Shown here: in pieces, positions 1-12,587 of the stretch
Layout of the letters: the number at the start of each line of letters is the position of its first letter
How positions within the stretch are numbered: position 1 is the stretch's first letter
IMG/VR virus record: IMGVR_UViG_3300049043_000244
Span: 1-64,000 of that record
DNA length: 64,000 nt
Direction: 5' to 3' (one strand)
Origin: a virus
Program-made: the position numbers and the translations under genes
Notes under the pieces: model-generated
What the model was told of the DNA's origin: nothing
The model's input: the letters and a program-made list of their open reading frames with translations, nothing else
The model's database searches: none

Positions 1-538
1 TTTTTGATGTACTTCGTTCAGTTACATCTTGCTAAAAAAATCTTCATAGGCAGCATCTATGATTGCACTTGTGTACCTGGTCAGTCATTGTGGTTCTCCA
101 AAAAGTCCAGTGTATCCAGTGGAATAGGATGTTTCGTAGCAACCATCATCATAACCCATTTGATAGATTTTCTTGGCAAACTTCACAAAGGCCTCAAAAG
201 TTTCCAGAATACTCCCGACCATCATTCTCGTCCCGAATCTTCTTCAAAATGTTCTTTTACGAGTTTTCGAGGACTTCTTCATCTAAAATCGTTGTTGAGT
301 TTCGTCCAATTCCATCACATAGTTCATAAATCAACCGAGCATCAACTACCATGTCTTCTACACCTGTTCTCTTCACAACACTGATAGTATTGATGATCAT
401 TTAGTAGAACGAAGAGTGGCAACCATAGATAGGAACCTCACATTACTTGGTCGTTAGGAGTGTTGTCTAAAGTCCACTGTACCGTTGCACTTCTTCTTCT
501 CTTAATTTTTCGTGCTTCTGGTAGTCATTTCAATTTCC

Positions 539-869
539 TCAAAATCGGTGTTTGATTTCTTCTTCTGTTGCTACCTCAACAATCGGATAACTCACATCTT
601 CATAATCACCAAAATCAAATTCGTGAACAAGTTTTGAGGCAACATTATCGCACAGATAATCAGCAAAAATTCCCTGCATCAAGTTCTCCATCATCTGTAA
701 GCATATCATCATCCTTATGCCTTTCTGGGTCAAACCTCACATAAAAAGTTACTTTATAACCTTTTAGATTTTCCAGAGCATCATTTACCTTCTGTTGTTC
801 CTTATGTTTTTGAATTTGAAGTTCAAGTTCGTTGAGTTGTTCTTCGGTCAGTCGTGAAAGGTCAATCAT
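539..869 (-). CDS. Hypothetical early protein (one frameshift)
   Basis: ORFs 660..869 and 539..733 join at ...ELDAG/IFADYL...; lies directly downstream of the repeated promoter element. Confidence 0.6.
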
Positions 870-884
870 CAGGTTTCTGGGTGT

Positions 885-950
885 ATGAGAGTATTATAAG
901 GCATCCAAAGGGCACCTGTGGAGTGTCCCTGTGACAGTTCTTCAAGTGGT
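885..950 (-). promoter_or_regulatory. Repeated early promoter element, copy 1
   Basis: Minus strand reads ACCACTTGAAGAACTGTCACA...GGATGCCTTATAATACTCTCATA; closely similar to 1354..1418. Confidence 0.7.
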
Positions 951-1353
951 TTCACCTATCACCACCAAGATACAAAAGACGATATTTCAAATCACTTCTC
1001 CTATCAAGGTTTTTTTGAGTTCCAGATTTTTCCCTACCTTTTCTTACCCAAGCAATATCACTATCACTATTATCAGTCATAGCAATATCTCTTTCTTCAT
1101 CACTTTGAAATCCACCTTCGGTAGGAAACCCAGCATTATATCTTGGAGTTTCAAACATATGATAGACAACTACTCTATCGGTTTTACTAAACAAATAATT
1201 CTGTGCAAGGGCTTATAGCACCTCTCGCATCACCAACTACAAAAGAGTGATTATGCGAAAGTGCGTCATCAATTGAGATTTATAATGAGTATCAAACTCA
1301 TCTTGTGTAAGTGATAAATGCCCACTAATAAAGTAAATCATTTGCCTATTCTA

Positions 1354-1418
1354 TATGAGAGTATTATAAGGCATCCAGAGGGCTGTGTGAGTTCTCCTGT
1401 GCCAGTTCTTCAAGTGTC
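1354..1418 (-). promoter_or_regulatory. Repeated early promoter element, copy 2
   Basis: GACACTTGAAGAACTGGCACA...GGATGCCTTATAATACTCTCATA. Confidence 0.7.
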
Positions 1419-1985
1419 ATTCAAGGTTCTCAATCTCTTCACATAGTTTCAATAAATCATAACACATAATCACACCAGGAGACACTTGAAGAACATTAAT
1501 CACCTCACGAGAGAGTAGCAGCAAGATGTAAGTTCAGGGTCGTGCTCTGGGTCATAATAATAATGAGAAAATACTTTTCTTAGCTTTTTCTTTCATATCA
1601 GTCATAATACATCTCCTGTTCGTAAGCAACATAATCACTTTGGAGATACTGCAAAGAAATCTCCGTCTTCAGTTCCTCATACATATAGCACCATTCCTCA
1701 AAGATTTGCCCAATCCACCACCAACCTGAATGAAGTTTCTCAAAGAAGTTCATAGGACGATTGTAGAGTTTAGTCATTCTACATAATGATAAATTGGTTC
1801 TTGGTATCTCCTCAACCAATCTAACTGCTCTTTCCTGCCTATGCAAGTCCGTAGAAACCTTTTAGGTGAGATAAGAACATATTCTTCTTGAGCAACATTA
1901 TATTTTTGAACAACATAATAACGTACATCATCTCATCAAAATCATATCGTTCTTCAATTCGGTAATCATAAACTCTCATAGAACC

Positions 1986-2207
1986 TCACATAAAGGGAAA
2001 ACTCTTACACTTGAAATGAAATCCTGGTTTTGTGTATTTTTCTTTGTAATCTGCTGCGAACTCTTTTGCTTGTTGTTTGGTTTCAAAAGTTCCAAAGTAT
2101 CGGTGAAATGCTTCTACTCCTTCATATTTGTTATAAAGTCCCACTATCCACTTATGAGAGTGTTCTGGGTATGTGTCCTGACTTTCAATCCAAGTAGTAG
2201 TATGCAT
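1986..2207 (-). CDS. Hypothetical phage protein
   Basis: 73 aa ORF in the early gene run. Confidence 0.55.
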   Translation of the reverse strand: MHTTTWIESQDTYPEHSHKWIVGLYNKYEGVEAFHRYFGTFETKQQAKEFAADYKEKYTKPGFHFKCKSFPFM

Positions 2208-2217
2208 CCTTATTCAT

Positions 2218-2469
2218 TCAGTTCCTCTTCCTGTTTCTCAATATCAAAGATCTGGCATTTAGAAATCCCAGAGCATACTTACCAACAATCCACGCATCTT
2301 TATCCTCAAAGAACCTATCCCCAATGGTTCTCATATCATAACCCTCTTTGTCTTTATCAAAGAAAGCAACTACACAACAGTGCTCACCGTGAGTTTGTGG
2401 ATACCACTTGACGAGTTCATATTTGTTGTTGCATTTGCTCCATCTAAATTCTATGTTTCTAAATCTCAT
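2218..2469 (-). CDS. Hypothetical phage protein
   Basis: 83 aa ORF immediately downstream of promoter copy 3. Confidence 0.6.
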   Translation of the reverse strand: MRFRNIEFRWSKCNNKYELVKWYPQTHGEHCCVVAFFDKDKEGYDMRTIGDRFFEDKDAWIVGKYALGFLNARSLILRNRKRN

Positions 2470-2495
2470 AGTGTAAATTTGTTGTATATAAAGTC

Positions 2496-2552
2496 ATTAT
2501 ACGACAAAAAGCACTAGGTTTCAAGTGCCATTGTGCCAGTTTGGAAAGTGTC
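2496..2552 (-). promoter_or_regulatory. Repeated early promoter element, copy 3 (with TTGAAA-17-TATAAT)
   Basis: GACACTTTCCAAACTGGCACA followed by TTGAAA-N17-TATAAT. Confidence 0.7.
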
Positions 2553-2553
2553 T

Positions 2554-3219
2554 TTATGATACTCTAACTCTTTGAGAAGTATCAATACCTCTTGCTTTTT
2601 GATATCTACTTAGAGCACCTGGACTTGTAATAAATCCAGTTTCAAGACACATCCACTTTTGAGAGTTGGTTTTATTTGCGTTTTCTTTTCTCTTTTCAAT
2701 ACTTATTCCATATAATCCAATACCAAGATTTTTTTGAGTTTTATGACCTTTTTAATATTTTCAATTCTTTTTTCTAATGGTATATTATGAAATCCTGTTC
2801 CATTTTCCTTATGTATTTTTGCTGTCTTTTTACCTATTAAAATTCTCTCTTCTTTACTGATTGAAAATATACCAATTTTATTTTTATAACAAATTTCTCC
2901 CATTTTCTTTCCAACTTCTCTTTTCACTTTTAAAGATACTAACCCATTACATCTTTCATTAAGACACCATTTATCGTCATTATAAAATGGTTTTATTAAT
3001 CTATTTTCAATTTCAAGTGCATCTAACCAACCTCCATCATTATACTCAAATACTTGAAGTATTTGTTTCTTTGGAGTATAAAGTTCCCAACACCATTTGT
3101 TTGTCTTTGAAAAACCCCAATATTCTTCACCATATTTTTTTTCCTTATGAACCCCATAATAGTAATAAGAAACCTCTTCAAACAGTAATCTTATAGGAGT
3201 ATATTCTTGGAGAATACAT
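2554..3219 (-). CDS. Putative free-standing homing endonuclease (GIY-YIG/Seg-like, frameshifted)
   Basis: Stitched N-terminus MYSPRIYSYKIT.EEVSYYYYGVHKEKKYGEEYWG resembles a GIY-YIG module; Lys-rich repeats; C-terminus KWMCLETGFITSPGALSRYQKARGID. Confidence 0.6.
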
Positions 3220-3227
3220 AACTACTC

Positions 3228-3300
3228 TTAAACTGACTGCATTAGTATTTACATCATAAAGGAGATTTCTCCTCTCCACCTTAAAGATCAGTCAGTTAAG
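3228..3300 (-). promoter_or_regulatory. Leader hairpin enclosing a late-promoter-like motif upstream of the endonuclease
   Basis: AACTGACTG (3231-3239) and CAGTCAGTT (3289-3297) form an inverted repeat; GTAAATA lies on the minus strand at 3246-3252 between the arms. Confidence 0.6.
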
Positions 3301-3334
3301 GTATAATTATTATCTTTCTCCAATTCAGCATCGA

Positions 3335-3545
3335 ATTTCAGCAACTAAATCGTTTACTTTACCCTCAGCGTAATCAGTCAGATGAAGTGTGCGAGGATCA
3401 AGTATCGATCTATCAGCACGATCGAGGATAAACTCCACGAATGCACCAAGAATGAGCAGCTTTGGCGTTTATCACTTACGGTGATGGTAGTATGTGGCAG
3501 AGCAACATAATGAAGGATGTCTCATAGTAGTTCGTCGTAAGTCAT
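3335..3545 (-). CDS. Small hypothetical protein, MTYDEL- paralogue A (very noisy sequence)
   Basis: ATGACTTACGACGAACT start; colinear similarity to 3735..3959. Confidence 0.45.
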
Positions 3546-3734
3546 TCTTCTTCCTCGATCATAAGGGAACATTTCATCATACTCTCCATCAGTCAGAGTA
3601 GGATACTGAACATCAGCATCACGGTGTTCTTCGGCATACATTGACTGATAGTGAGTAAAGTGACTTTCAGAAGTGCTTCATGTATTCTAAAAGTCCATCA
3701 ACAAGGGATAGGTAGCTCATTCGACTTCCTCGAG

Positions 3735-3959
3735 CTGAGGGACTAGATCATTCGCTTTACCTCTCAGGCATAACCAGTCAAATCAAGTGTGCGATGGTCG
3801 AGAATATCATTACTGCAAGGACAGTCAAGGATAAACTCAACAAATGCACCAAGAAGTGAGACATAAGTCTCGCCGTTTGATCGCACTCACGGTGATAGTC
3901 AGTATGCGGCAAATCGCAACATAGTTTACGATGTGGTCGTAGAGTTCGTCGTAGGTCAT
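3735..3959 (-). CDS. Small hypothetical protein, MTYDEL- paralogue B (very noisy sequence)
   Basis: ATGACCTACGACGAACT start; shares TTCTTGGTGCATT..GAGTTTATCCT and TCGCACACTT with paralogue A. Confidence 0.45.
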
Positions 3960-4531
3960 GAGTAACAGTCTCCCTCATCAAATGTAAAGTATTCGTGAAT
4001 TGCGGACATCACTGCATCCTCAATGGCATCCTTGATACTATCCTCAGTAGGGATTCTCTACATGTTTGTGAGCACGATACCAGTCCTCGTTTGATACCTT
4101 CTTCCACTGCAATGTCAAGTATGTGATAAAGTTTGGGTTTCATGGGTTTCCTCTTTTGAAGCCATAATACACGAACAGAACTAGGAGTGACGAGAGATGA
4201 ACAGCCTATCAAGTGTCCTCGTCTTCCTCTCCCCATTCTTTTAATTCATCTCTTAATCTTTCCATCACTTCTTCCATCAGGATATGACCTTCTCTTTACC
4301 AGTATCAATATCTTCTACGAGTTGATGCAGGTAATCAAAAACTCCTTAGGATAAGTTTCATCCATGTTAATACGACAGTCCAAAACCAATTCATAACATT
4401 CTTGATATGGATCATCATCTACTGAGTAGAGCATAGTTCTCATAGTTTCCACTGATGAAGATCTCTCCACATCTTGAAGTTGTTCCAGATTTCTCTCCAA
4501 CCAGTCTGGAAAGCAATGTCCAAAATAATAC

Positions 4532-4846
4532 TCAAACCAGTTCAGTTTCTTCGCCATCTCTACCTCTGTCTAGTTCATCATCACTCAAATGATCCCAACT
4601 CCAAGTTCTAGAAAAGAGATCAAAGTCAGCACCAAACTTGTACACCCAGAACAAAACACCTAGGGCAGTTCCACTACCTGAAGTGATCTGAATATAGGGC
4701 CAAGATTTATAATCATTCCAGCTCACAGAGAATTGGAAAACAGATTTATTTTTCAAGAATTTTGGAAAGTGTTTGCCAGTGTTTAGAATCTGGACATAGT
4801 ACTCATGTCCAAAGTCGTATCTGTGTCTGAAGTTAATGAGATTCAT
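4532..4846 (-). CDS. Hypothetical phage protein
   Basis: Intact 104 aa ORF, overlapped by the next gene start. Confidence 0.6.
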   Translation of the reverse strand: MNLINFRHRYDFGHEYYVQILNTGKHFPKFLKNKSVFQFSVSWNDYKSWPYIQITSGSGTALGVLFWVYKFGADFDLFSRTWSWDHLSDDELDRGRDGEETELV

Positions 4847-4848
4847 GA

Positions 4849-5281
4849 TTAGTACCGATTACAACCGAACAATGCACCCCCGATTGCTGCACCCACAGGA
4901 ACAGACCAATAATATCCGTTTCCTTGACTCATGCCCGTGACGCCACCACCCAACAAGGCACCTAAAGTAGGACGAGTAGGATTACAATAACCTCCGCCAT
5001 TATAGTACCCAGTGTAATATGATCTTGGCAACATAAGGTTGTTGATATTGCGTCTGTTGATAAGATACAGGACTTGCAGGGTCCGGCAACACCCGTTTGG
5101 AATTAGCCTATATTCTTGGGTCACCACACTCCCCTGAATATATCTACCATAGTTATCATAGAATCCTGGAGTATATGTTTCTTTGTATTTTTTACAAGTC
5201 AAATACTCATTAACTTGTTGGTGCTGAACTGGCATTGAAAACAGAGATGCAATCAATGGAATGCAGAAGAAATTTCTTCAT
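4849..5281 (-). CDS. Exported protein with C-terminal glycine zipper (frameshifted)
   Basis: MKKFLL signal-like start; LGALLGGG...PVGAAIGGALFGC. Confidence 0.55.
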
Positions 5282-5302
5282 GGATTTGATGTATTTGACT
5301 CT

Positions 5303-5331
5303 ACCATAACATGTATTTAGGTTCTTGTCAA
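5303..5331 (-). promoter_or_regulatory. sigma70-type promoter with a late motif (CTAAATA) in its spacer
   Basis: TTGACA-N17-TATGGT; CTAAATA at 5314-5320. Confidence 0.55.
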
Positions 5332-5334
5332 GGG

Positions 5335-5611
5335 CTACCACATGTTTATAGGGCACTGACGCTGCTTTAAATTTCCATTTAACTTTCATATAACAACCAC
5401 ACAAGTAACATCTTTTACTATCTCTATTAAATTGAGCACAAGTGTTACAAATTTTTTCTCGATCAGTGACTTTTTGTTCTGAAACGAAAATTCCATTTCC
5501 TCCAACAGAATCCTGCCCCACAGATTTTGCAAATTCTTTAAAATTATTCATCTGTTCCCAAAAATCTGGATATTGTCTGGGATCTATAAAATCTGGAGTT
5601 TGATCAGACAT
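5335..5611 (-). CDS. Small Cys-rich protein
   Basis: REKICNTCAQF...RCYLCGCYM..KWKFKAAS(CP) pattern. Confidence 0.55.
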
Positions 5612-5644
5612 AATTAAAACCAAATAATAATTTATCTATACATT

Positions 5645-5688
5645 AAAAAAGGGGAATTGTCAAGATTGACAAAGCCCCTTTATTTTTT
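5645..5688. terminator. Intrinsic terminator hairpin
   Basis: AAAAGGGGaaTTGTCAA-ga-TTGACAAagCCCCTTT with A/T tails on both sides. Confidence 0.6.
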
Positions 5689-5911
5689 TATAATAACTCT
5701 GTGGAGTTTCAATCCTCTAGCTTCAGTGATGCTGGATTTCGCTTCTATAGCTTGCCTTGCACTTTAAAAAATTCTTCTTTTTTAATATTGAACTGTCTTT
5801 CAAGTTCAATTAATTCGTCTCTGAGTGAATTTGCTTTCTCAGTAAGTTGTTCAGCCATTCTGTTGCGATTTTTCAGTCATAAATTTCAAGTGTTAATTAA
5901 CTCTGACAGGA

Positions 5912-8900
5912 TTATTTAGTACCCTTCAATTCATTTAATTCTGAACGAAGTTCAGAAACTTCACCTTTCAGTTCTTTAATGGATTCAATTAGAACTGCAA
6001 CCAAATTTCCATAAGCAACAGATTTCATTCCTCGTTCATCAGTAAGAACAAGATCTGGTAAAACTTTTTCTACCTCTTGTGCGATGACACCAATTTGATG
6101 TTTTTGAATGTCAATTCGATCATATTCAACACCACGAAGTTGAAGAATTTTATTCAATCCGTTTTCAATGGTTTTAATGTTAGTTTTGATTCTTTCATCA
6201 GAACTTGCAGTAATTTCTCCTGCAGCAGTGACAGATCCACTATTGTCGATTGAGAAAATAATTGTATTTGTGAACTTGATCTGATATTCATAACCATTTC
6301 GGGATCCAAGAATTGTTTTACCATTATTCGTAAAGTAGAATCTATTTTCGGGATCATCAGTTTGTTGCCAAACATCAACCGAACCGTTGAAAACCCAGTG
6401 CTATTTCTTCCATCCAATAGATCCGCATTTAAATTAGTGACAACAGTTGTTGAACTTACAGACTAATGAAGCTGTCCAGTAGCAACGGTTGAAGTGTATC
6501 TTCTTGCGGAAACATCTCCAGAAGTTCCACAATTAATGTTCATACTACCAGCATGAATGGAGTAGAGTTACCGGACCAAAAGGCACTAATAATACCAATA
6601 TTTGCATAAATGCCTTCACCCGTTCCAGTACCATTGACTAATAGTCTCGCTGGTTACTTGACGTTTGCGTATGCAGCTCCCGTTACCTGTGATGGAAGTA
6701 ACAACACCAACGTTAATGAATGCAGTAAGTGGATCAGCAGCAGAAGTTCCACGAAGAGTTACTTGCGGTAATGTTAGTAATAATTCCAGTATTTACATAA
6801 GCTACTGGAGAAGCAGCCGAACCATCTACCAAGATACCTTCATATCCATTTCTTGGAATAATAAGAGTTGTTATAATTCCAGTATTTGCATACGCACTTA
6901 CAATACCTGCATTTTCACTTCTAAAATTAGTAATAATACCAGTGTTAACTGCAGCAAGAGGAGTAGAGAAGCAGTGTTCACTTGGAGTCCTGTAATGAAA
7001 GCATTGGTTCCATTAATTGTCGTAATAGTACAAGCTGTACCTGTTAGAGATGTAATAATACCAACGTTGAGCATTATTTGACCAATGGTTTGTCCCACTC
7101 CTGCGTTACCTCAGACCCCCAATATATCTGGTACGAATTGCAGTAATAATACCTGAAGTAATATATAGCTTCAGTTCCTATTGAGAGATTGCCTGCATTT
7201 AAATTATTGACGATTAAATTTGCAAATGTTCCTACTCCAGTATTGGAAATTAAGTTGTTAACGACTAAAGTTCCAGCAACTGTAGAAACTCCAGAAAATA
7301 CAGAATTAAAAGAATTTTCAAATCTTACAGCAGCATTTGTAAATGTTGCAGCAGTTCCAGTAACTTCTAAATTTTGGAATTGTGCAATAGTATTTGCATT
7401 TGTGGTTCTAATTGTATAGTTTGTTCCTACTCCAAGGAATCGAATCGTATTATTCAGATCAATCGTATCAAAAGCCGCATTACCAATTGCCATGAGCACC
7501 AGCAAAAGTAACAGCACCACCGACATAAAGATTTCTAACTTTTATTGTACCATTAACTTCTACCGCATCAGTAAAGTTATAAATTCCTACACTGTCGCCA
7601 ATTCCAATTTGATCTAATTTTAAGAAATCTCTATTTTTATCTTGAGAGATCATGCCCCAACAGCCAATCACCATCAGCATAAACGTGCCCGATATAACCA
7701 GCTGGATCTGGGTTCGCTAATAGGATACATCACCGGTTTTCTTAGCTTCTGTTGGTGTTGAAATTCCAACTGTTAGAAGTTTTGGTTGAGATGCAAGACC
7801 TTTGATATATAAATCTCGCGTTTCCAATCCATCGTCTGCAGAGCTTGTTACTTTTTGTGAGAAGTTGACCGAACCATAGAATTGTGATGTTTGATTATTA
7901 TTTTCTCCACCCTCAACAGTAATTCTTTCCTTGACAACTAAATCATCAAAAACGCCACTATTTCTCTTTTCAATTCCAGTTAAAACATCGTCTCCGAAGA
8001 ATGAAACGACAGGAGCTTCGATTGTTTCTTCTTCTCCTGTCCCTCCATTAATTTTTGTAGCACCAGAGTAAAATTCACCACGGTCATTCATACCAGTGTA
8101 AACAACAGTACCACCATCTTGTTCTCTTGCTTGAGAAACTAGAATTTCATCATTACTTAAAATTCTATCTTGTTTTTGTGGTAGGCCCGTTGAGTAGTTA
8201 CCCGGACCGTAATCCCATGTATTCAAAAGTGTGACCGGAAGCACGGAGAATAGACGGTCTACGAATCTCTACAGGAAGAACACGAATTTTTCTTACTACC
8301 GAGTTAGAATCATTTGCACTCGCAACAGTAGAGAATTGTCCCCTCAATACAGTAAATACATTTCCTGCAGGATCACTTGCTAAGTCGAAGAATCTCTGAA
8401 TTTATAGAGATAAAATCTCCCTTTCTAAATCCAGATGAACTTGTTAAAGTTATTGATGTGTCTGTAGAAGTAACTCCAGAAGAAAGTGTGGTTGTAATTC
8501 CAGCATATATGAAATTGCCTCTTCCACCAAGATTTTCTTCTCCAGATCCTAATGCTCTCCCGTTTGCAGAAATTGTAGACTTTTGTATTGTTACTTGACT
8601 TAAGTTCCAAGTTTGATTGACAGTTGTAATTCCAGAGAAAAAGGTGAATGAAGTAATTCCTAAAGACTCATTGACAATGAATGTTTTTGAAAAATACGTA
8701 TTTCCAATTCCACTTAATCTGAAAGAATTTCCTGGCAAAAGTCCATGACCATCAACGCAAACTACCGTTGCAATTCCTACTTGTGCATTCAAACGAATAG
8801 TACTTACACCAACTCCTTTTGCAGATAGGTAAGCAATCGGAAGTTTTTCATCATTTCTACTTGCGTAAACTGATGAAGGAAGACCATCCTCTCATCACTA

Positions 8901-11900
8901 CAGCTATAGATTTAGATGAGGGAACATCTACAATTCTAAATGTCCCATTCATAAGAGGTTCTGGAAATCCACTTAATTGCAATGGATCACCGACGTTATT
9001 ATTGATTGAGTTAACTTGGACAACAGCATAAGTTGATGGAGCTGCCTGCAGGATCTGAGGAAATAGTCATTGTATTTCCTACTCCATATGCCTGAGCCAA
9101 AATCAACAATTTCTACAGAAGAAATAGTATTTCCAACCGAAATGGTTACTTTTGCAGAAGCATTTTTCCACTTATAGAATTATTAATTAATTCCGAAGCA
9201 TAAATTGTACTTGTTACTCCAGCACTGTTATTATATCCAGTCTGCAGGATTTGTTAATGTTATTGACTTGACAGAATTTAGATTATGATCAATCTGAGTG
9301 AATAATGTAATAGTCGTATTTCCACTTCCAGTAATTACTGCGCCAGTAATTGCATATCCAACTCTATTATTATCAAAGAAATAATTTAAAGCTTCTTTGT
9401 CAAAGAATTTCTTTTATCATTTGTTTTGACAATTCCTGTTGGATATAACTCGGCATAACTTAACGACGGAATGGATCTGAGACGTAATTATCTCTATCAA
9501 TTTGTGGATATAAGTTTCTGACATCTTGATTAAAATTAGTATTCGCTTAATCCAAATCCAACACTGGAATCTGGTTTTATGCTTCCAGATAGTACAATAA
9601 TGTTATAGATTCCATCTTGCCCACCAGCGCCAGGAATTAGTGGTTTGATTTCTTGACTTCTATAGATGTAGATACTATCTCTTGATTTTTCTTTTTGTAC
9701 CGTTGGTAAAGATTCCACTTGTTGTTGAGTGGATCTTTGATTGGTCTGATTTAAAAATGTTCCTGGAGTCTGATGAAAATCCAGTTACAGAAAATTCTTT
9801 TGGATTTACTACTGAAACGACTTCAAATGATCCATTGTAAGTTTCTGCAGGTTGATTTGAACTTACTACATTTGATATTTTTACCGTGTCACCAACGACA
9901 AAATGGTGTGGAAGTTCTGTTTTAACGAAAGCACTTCCACTTGAATATGCAATTGTTTTAATTATTTTTGGATTTCTTAATTGAATTGCTTCGGTTAGTG
10001 GAGATGATAGATAAGATGCACTCGTAATTCCAACTGTTTTCGATTCTTGAAGAACAAATCCATCTGTTGGTGGTCTTGCATTGATAAATTCTTTTGGAAT
10101 AACATAACGCAGTTTATAAATTCTATCGTCCAATCCTCTGTTATCAATTCTTCTGGTAATAAAAGTTGATCCAGTTTGACTTCCCAATACAGTTGAACCA
10201 ATTCCCACAATACCTGTATAAATTGTATTGAAAAGAGTAACTGGTGTGCTTTGAATGTACCACTGATTTACTGCGGTGTCATACTGTATTGGATGTCCAA
10301 CTTCTCCCGGAAGTTTATCGGAGACATAACTAATTATTTCTACTTTTCCGCCACCATTTGAAATTCCAGTAATAGTGTTTCCAGTCTGTAGCATCATTTA
10401 AAGTTGAGGATAATCTAATTTGATTAACAACTAATCCTGCAGTAGATACGTAATAAACTTTATCTGATACTAAATTTTCTGGGAGATTTCCATTATCACT
10501 TACGACTCTTACTTTCTCTCCATTAAAAAATTGGTGATTTGACTGTAAAGTTAGAATGTTTGAAGCAATGCTGTTAATTCCCGCATTTCTACCAACAGTG
10601 TAAACTTTTTTTGATGAAGTTCCAATTCCACTCGGAACTTGCATTAAAATTGAAGCTTTAAAATTATTTTGTTGAGAACCAATGATTACAGATAGATAAA
10701 GTTCTTCATTTTCTTTAGCACCTACTCTGTAGGAATCAATTTGTGTGGGTGGTTGAACGTCTTGGCTTTCATAACCAGAGATATATAATCTTGAAGTATT
10801 GCCCGCAGAAATTATTTTATTTACGTCTAAAGGTAGCCAAGTTACGTTGGTTTCTCTAAATACCAACTCTCTTGGAGGGATGACATGAGTAATATATCCA
10901 ACATCGTCTCTATCAAAAGATTCTGGTCTAAATCCAACTGCTTCTAATGAAATAGCACCAAAGTTGGAATTGGAGTTCGTAATGGACTGGTCTCCGCCAG
11001 ACTCAGGCAACGAAGTGTTTAGCAAAACCAATCGCAAAAATAGAAACACACTGAATAATAGAATTATTACTACACTTCATGTGTATGTTTTCCCAACCAG
11101 GCTGTAAATTGCCCTTGAATTGGTGTGCAAAGGTTTCTCTGAATCATCAACAGTTAAGTTTTCATTATATACTCCCGTCTCAGTATCATACAGAATGAAA
11201 GCATTGTCGTCTTTTTGCAACGAAATTCCAGTAAATTGTGCAGTCAACATGGACTTAAATCCTGTTGCTTTGGATCCATCTGCATGTAATCCATTCATAC
11301 CATAAACGGATCTCAAAGTACAAGAGAATACATATGGAGAAGCTGATGATACGCTATCAGATTCTACAATGATTCTAGCATTAAGAATTTGTACAGAAGT
11401 CGGTAAAGCTTGCAACTGGAGTTGCTGGAGCAATATACTTAAATTCTGTGTCACTTGTTACGTCACTCACCAAGAATGATCCATTATATTCATCAATACT
11501 TGTTGTGATTCCACTAACAAGAACTGGTGTGTCTTTAAATAAACCATGTGGAGTTAGTGTATTTACTGTAATTGTAGTTGTTGGTACAACACCATTGCCA
11601 GTACTGTACACTCGTAACGCCAATAGGATCTGCACGAAGATCTCCGACGATTCGATATTCGTCTACAGATGGTTCAAAGTCTGAAACATTGTTTACAGGA
11701 TAATTTGGAATTCCTCTTCCAGAAGTATCTCCATAAGCATATGTAACTTTATAATAAAACATCTCCAGGTCTGTGAGCTCCTGTTTCTTCAGATCCTAAC
11801 TTAACTTCATTAACAGTCAGCATATTCAAATACAGTTAGTTTGTGGTGAGAGAAATTGGGAACAACTTTTCTTCCAGTAGAATCTTTATAACAGGCTTTT

Positions 11901-12489
11901 TTGTAAATCTGCGTCAAAAATTGTAAATGAAGTAAAATAACAAGTACCGGTTACCTTAAAAATAGCTGTGCGTCCAACAGAATCATTTAAAGGGTCTGGT
12001 ACATACATTGGGCGAATCTTAGTCTTTCTAAGATCCAATCCAACAATTGAAGTGCCTCTAGGTAAAATTACTCCACCAGAAACAGAATTATATTTGTGTA
12101 AATCATTGTCTTCATCAAAAATATCAAAATTAGAATTTAACGTGAATTCTGACAAAGTTGCACCCGATGTCGTCCAAGATCCATTTAAAAATCTTTTAAA
12201 TTGTGCGTTTCCACCTTGGTTTGTAATCGAGTGTCCTGGTCTATTATCAATATAGTGAACTCCCGGATAGACCAGAATTGTTGTCGTATCAATTTTATCG
12301 TTATTTCTTCCAACTAAGTATGAAAATCTTGATGCCTTCAAGAACTGCTCTTTGAATAGTTTTAAATGGTCTCGTTAATGAGTTACCTCTATTCTCAATA
12401 CTGTCAGTAGCGTCAAAGTCAGAAGGGTTTACATAAAGAATATTACCCTCGGCATTCTTAAGAAAATTTTCTAATCTACTTAAAGGCAT
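5912..12489 (-). CDS. Giant virion structural/fibre protein (about 2190 aa) with C-terminal intramolecular chaperone (peptidase S74); many frameshifts
   Basis: N-terminus MPLSRLENFLKNAEGNILYVNPSDFDATDS...RPFKTIQRA typical of cyanophage fibres; C-terminus SSDERIKTNI...QIGVIAQEVEKV...SVAYGNLVAVLIESIKEL; about 15 colinear ORF fragments. Confidence 0.8.
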
Positions 12490-12524
12490 CGTGTTATCCT
12501 ACAGTGACAAATCTATTCTTTTTA

Positions 12525-12531
12525 TATTTAG
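12525..12531 (-). promoter_or_regulatory. T4-like late promoter (CTAAATA)
   Basis: About 36 nt upstream of the fibre gene start. Confidence 0.6.
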
Positions 12532-12587
12532 ACACTAAGAAAACATCATCTAATTTATAAGACTTCCTTTTTTTGGAAGAGTGCATA

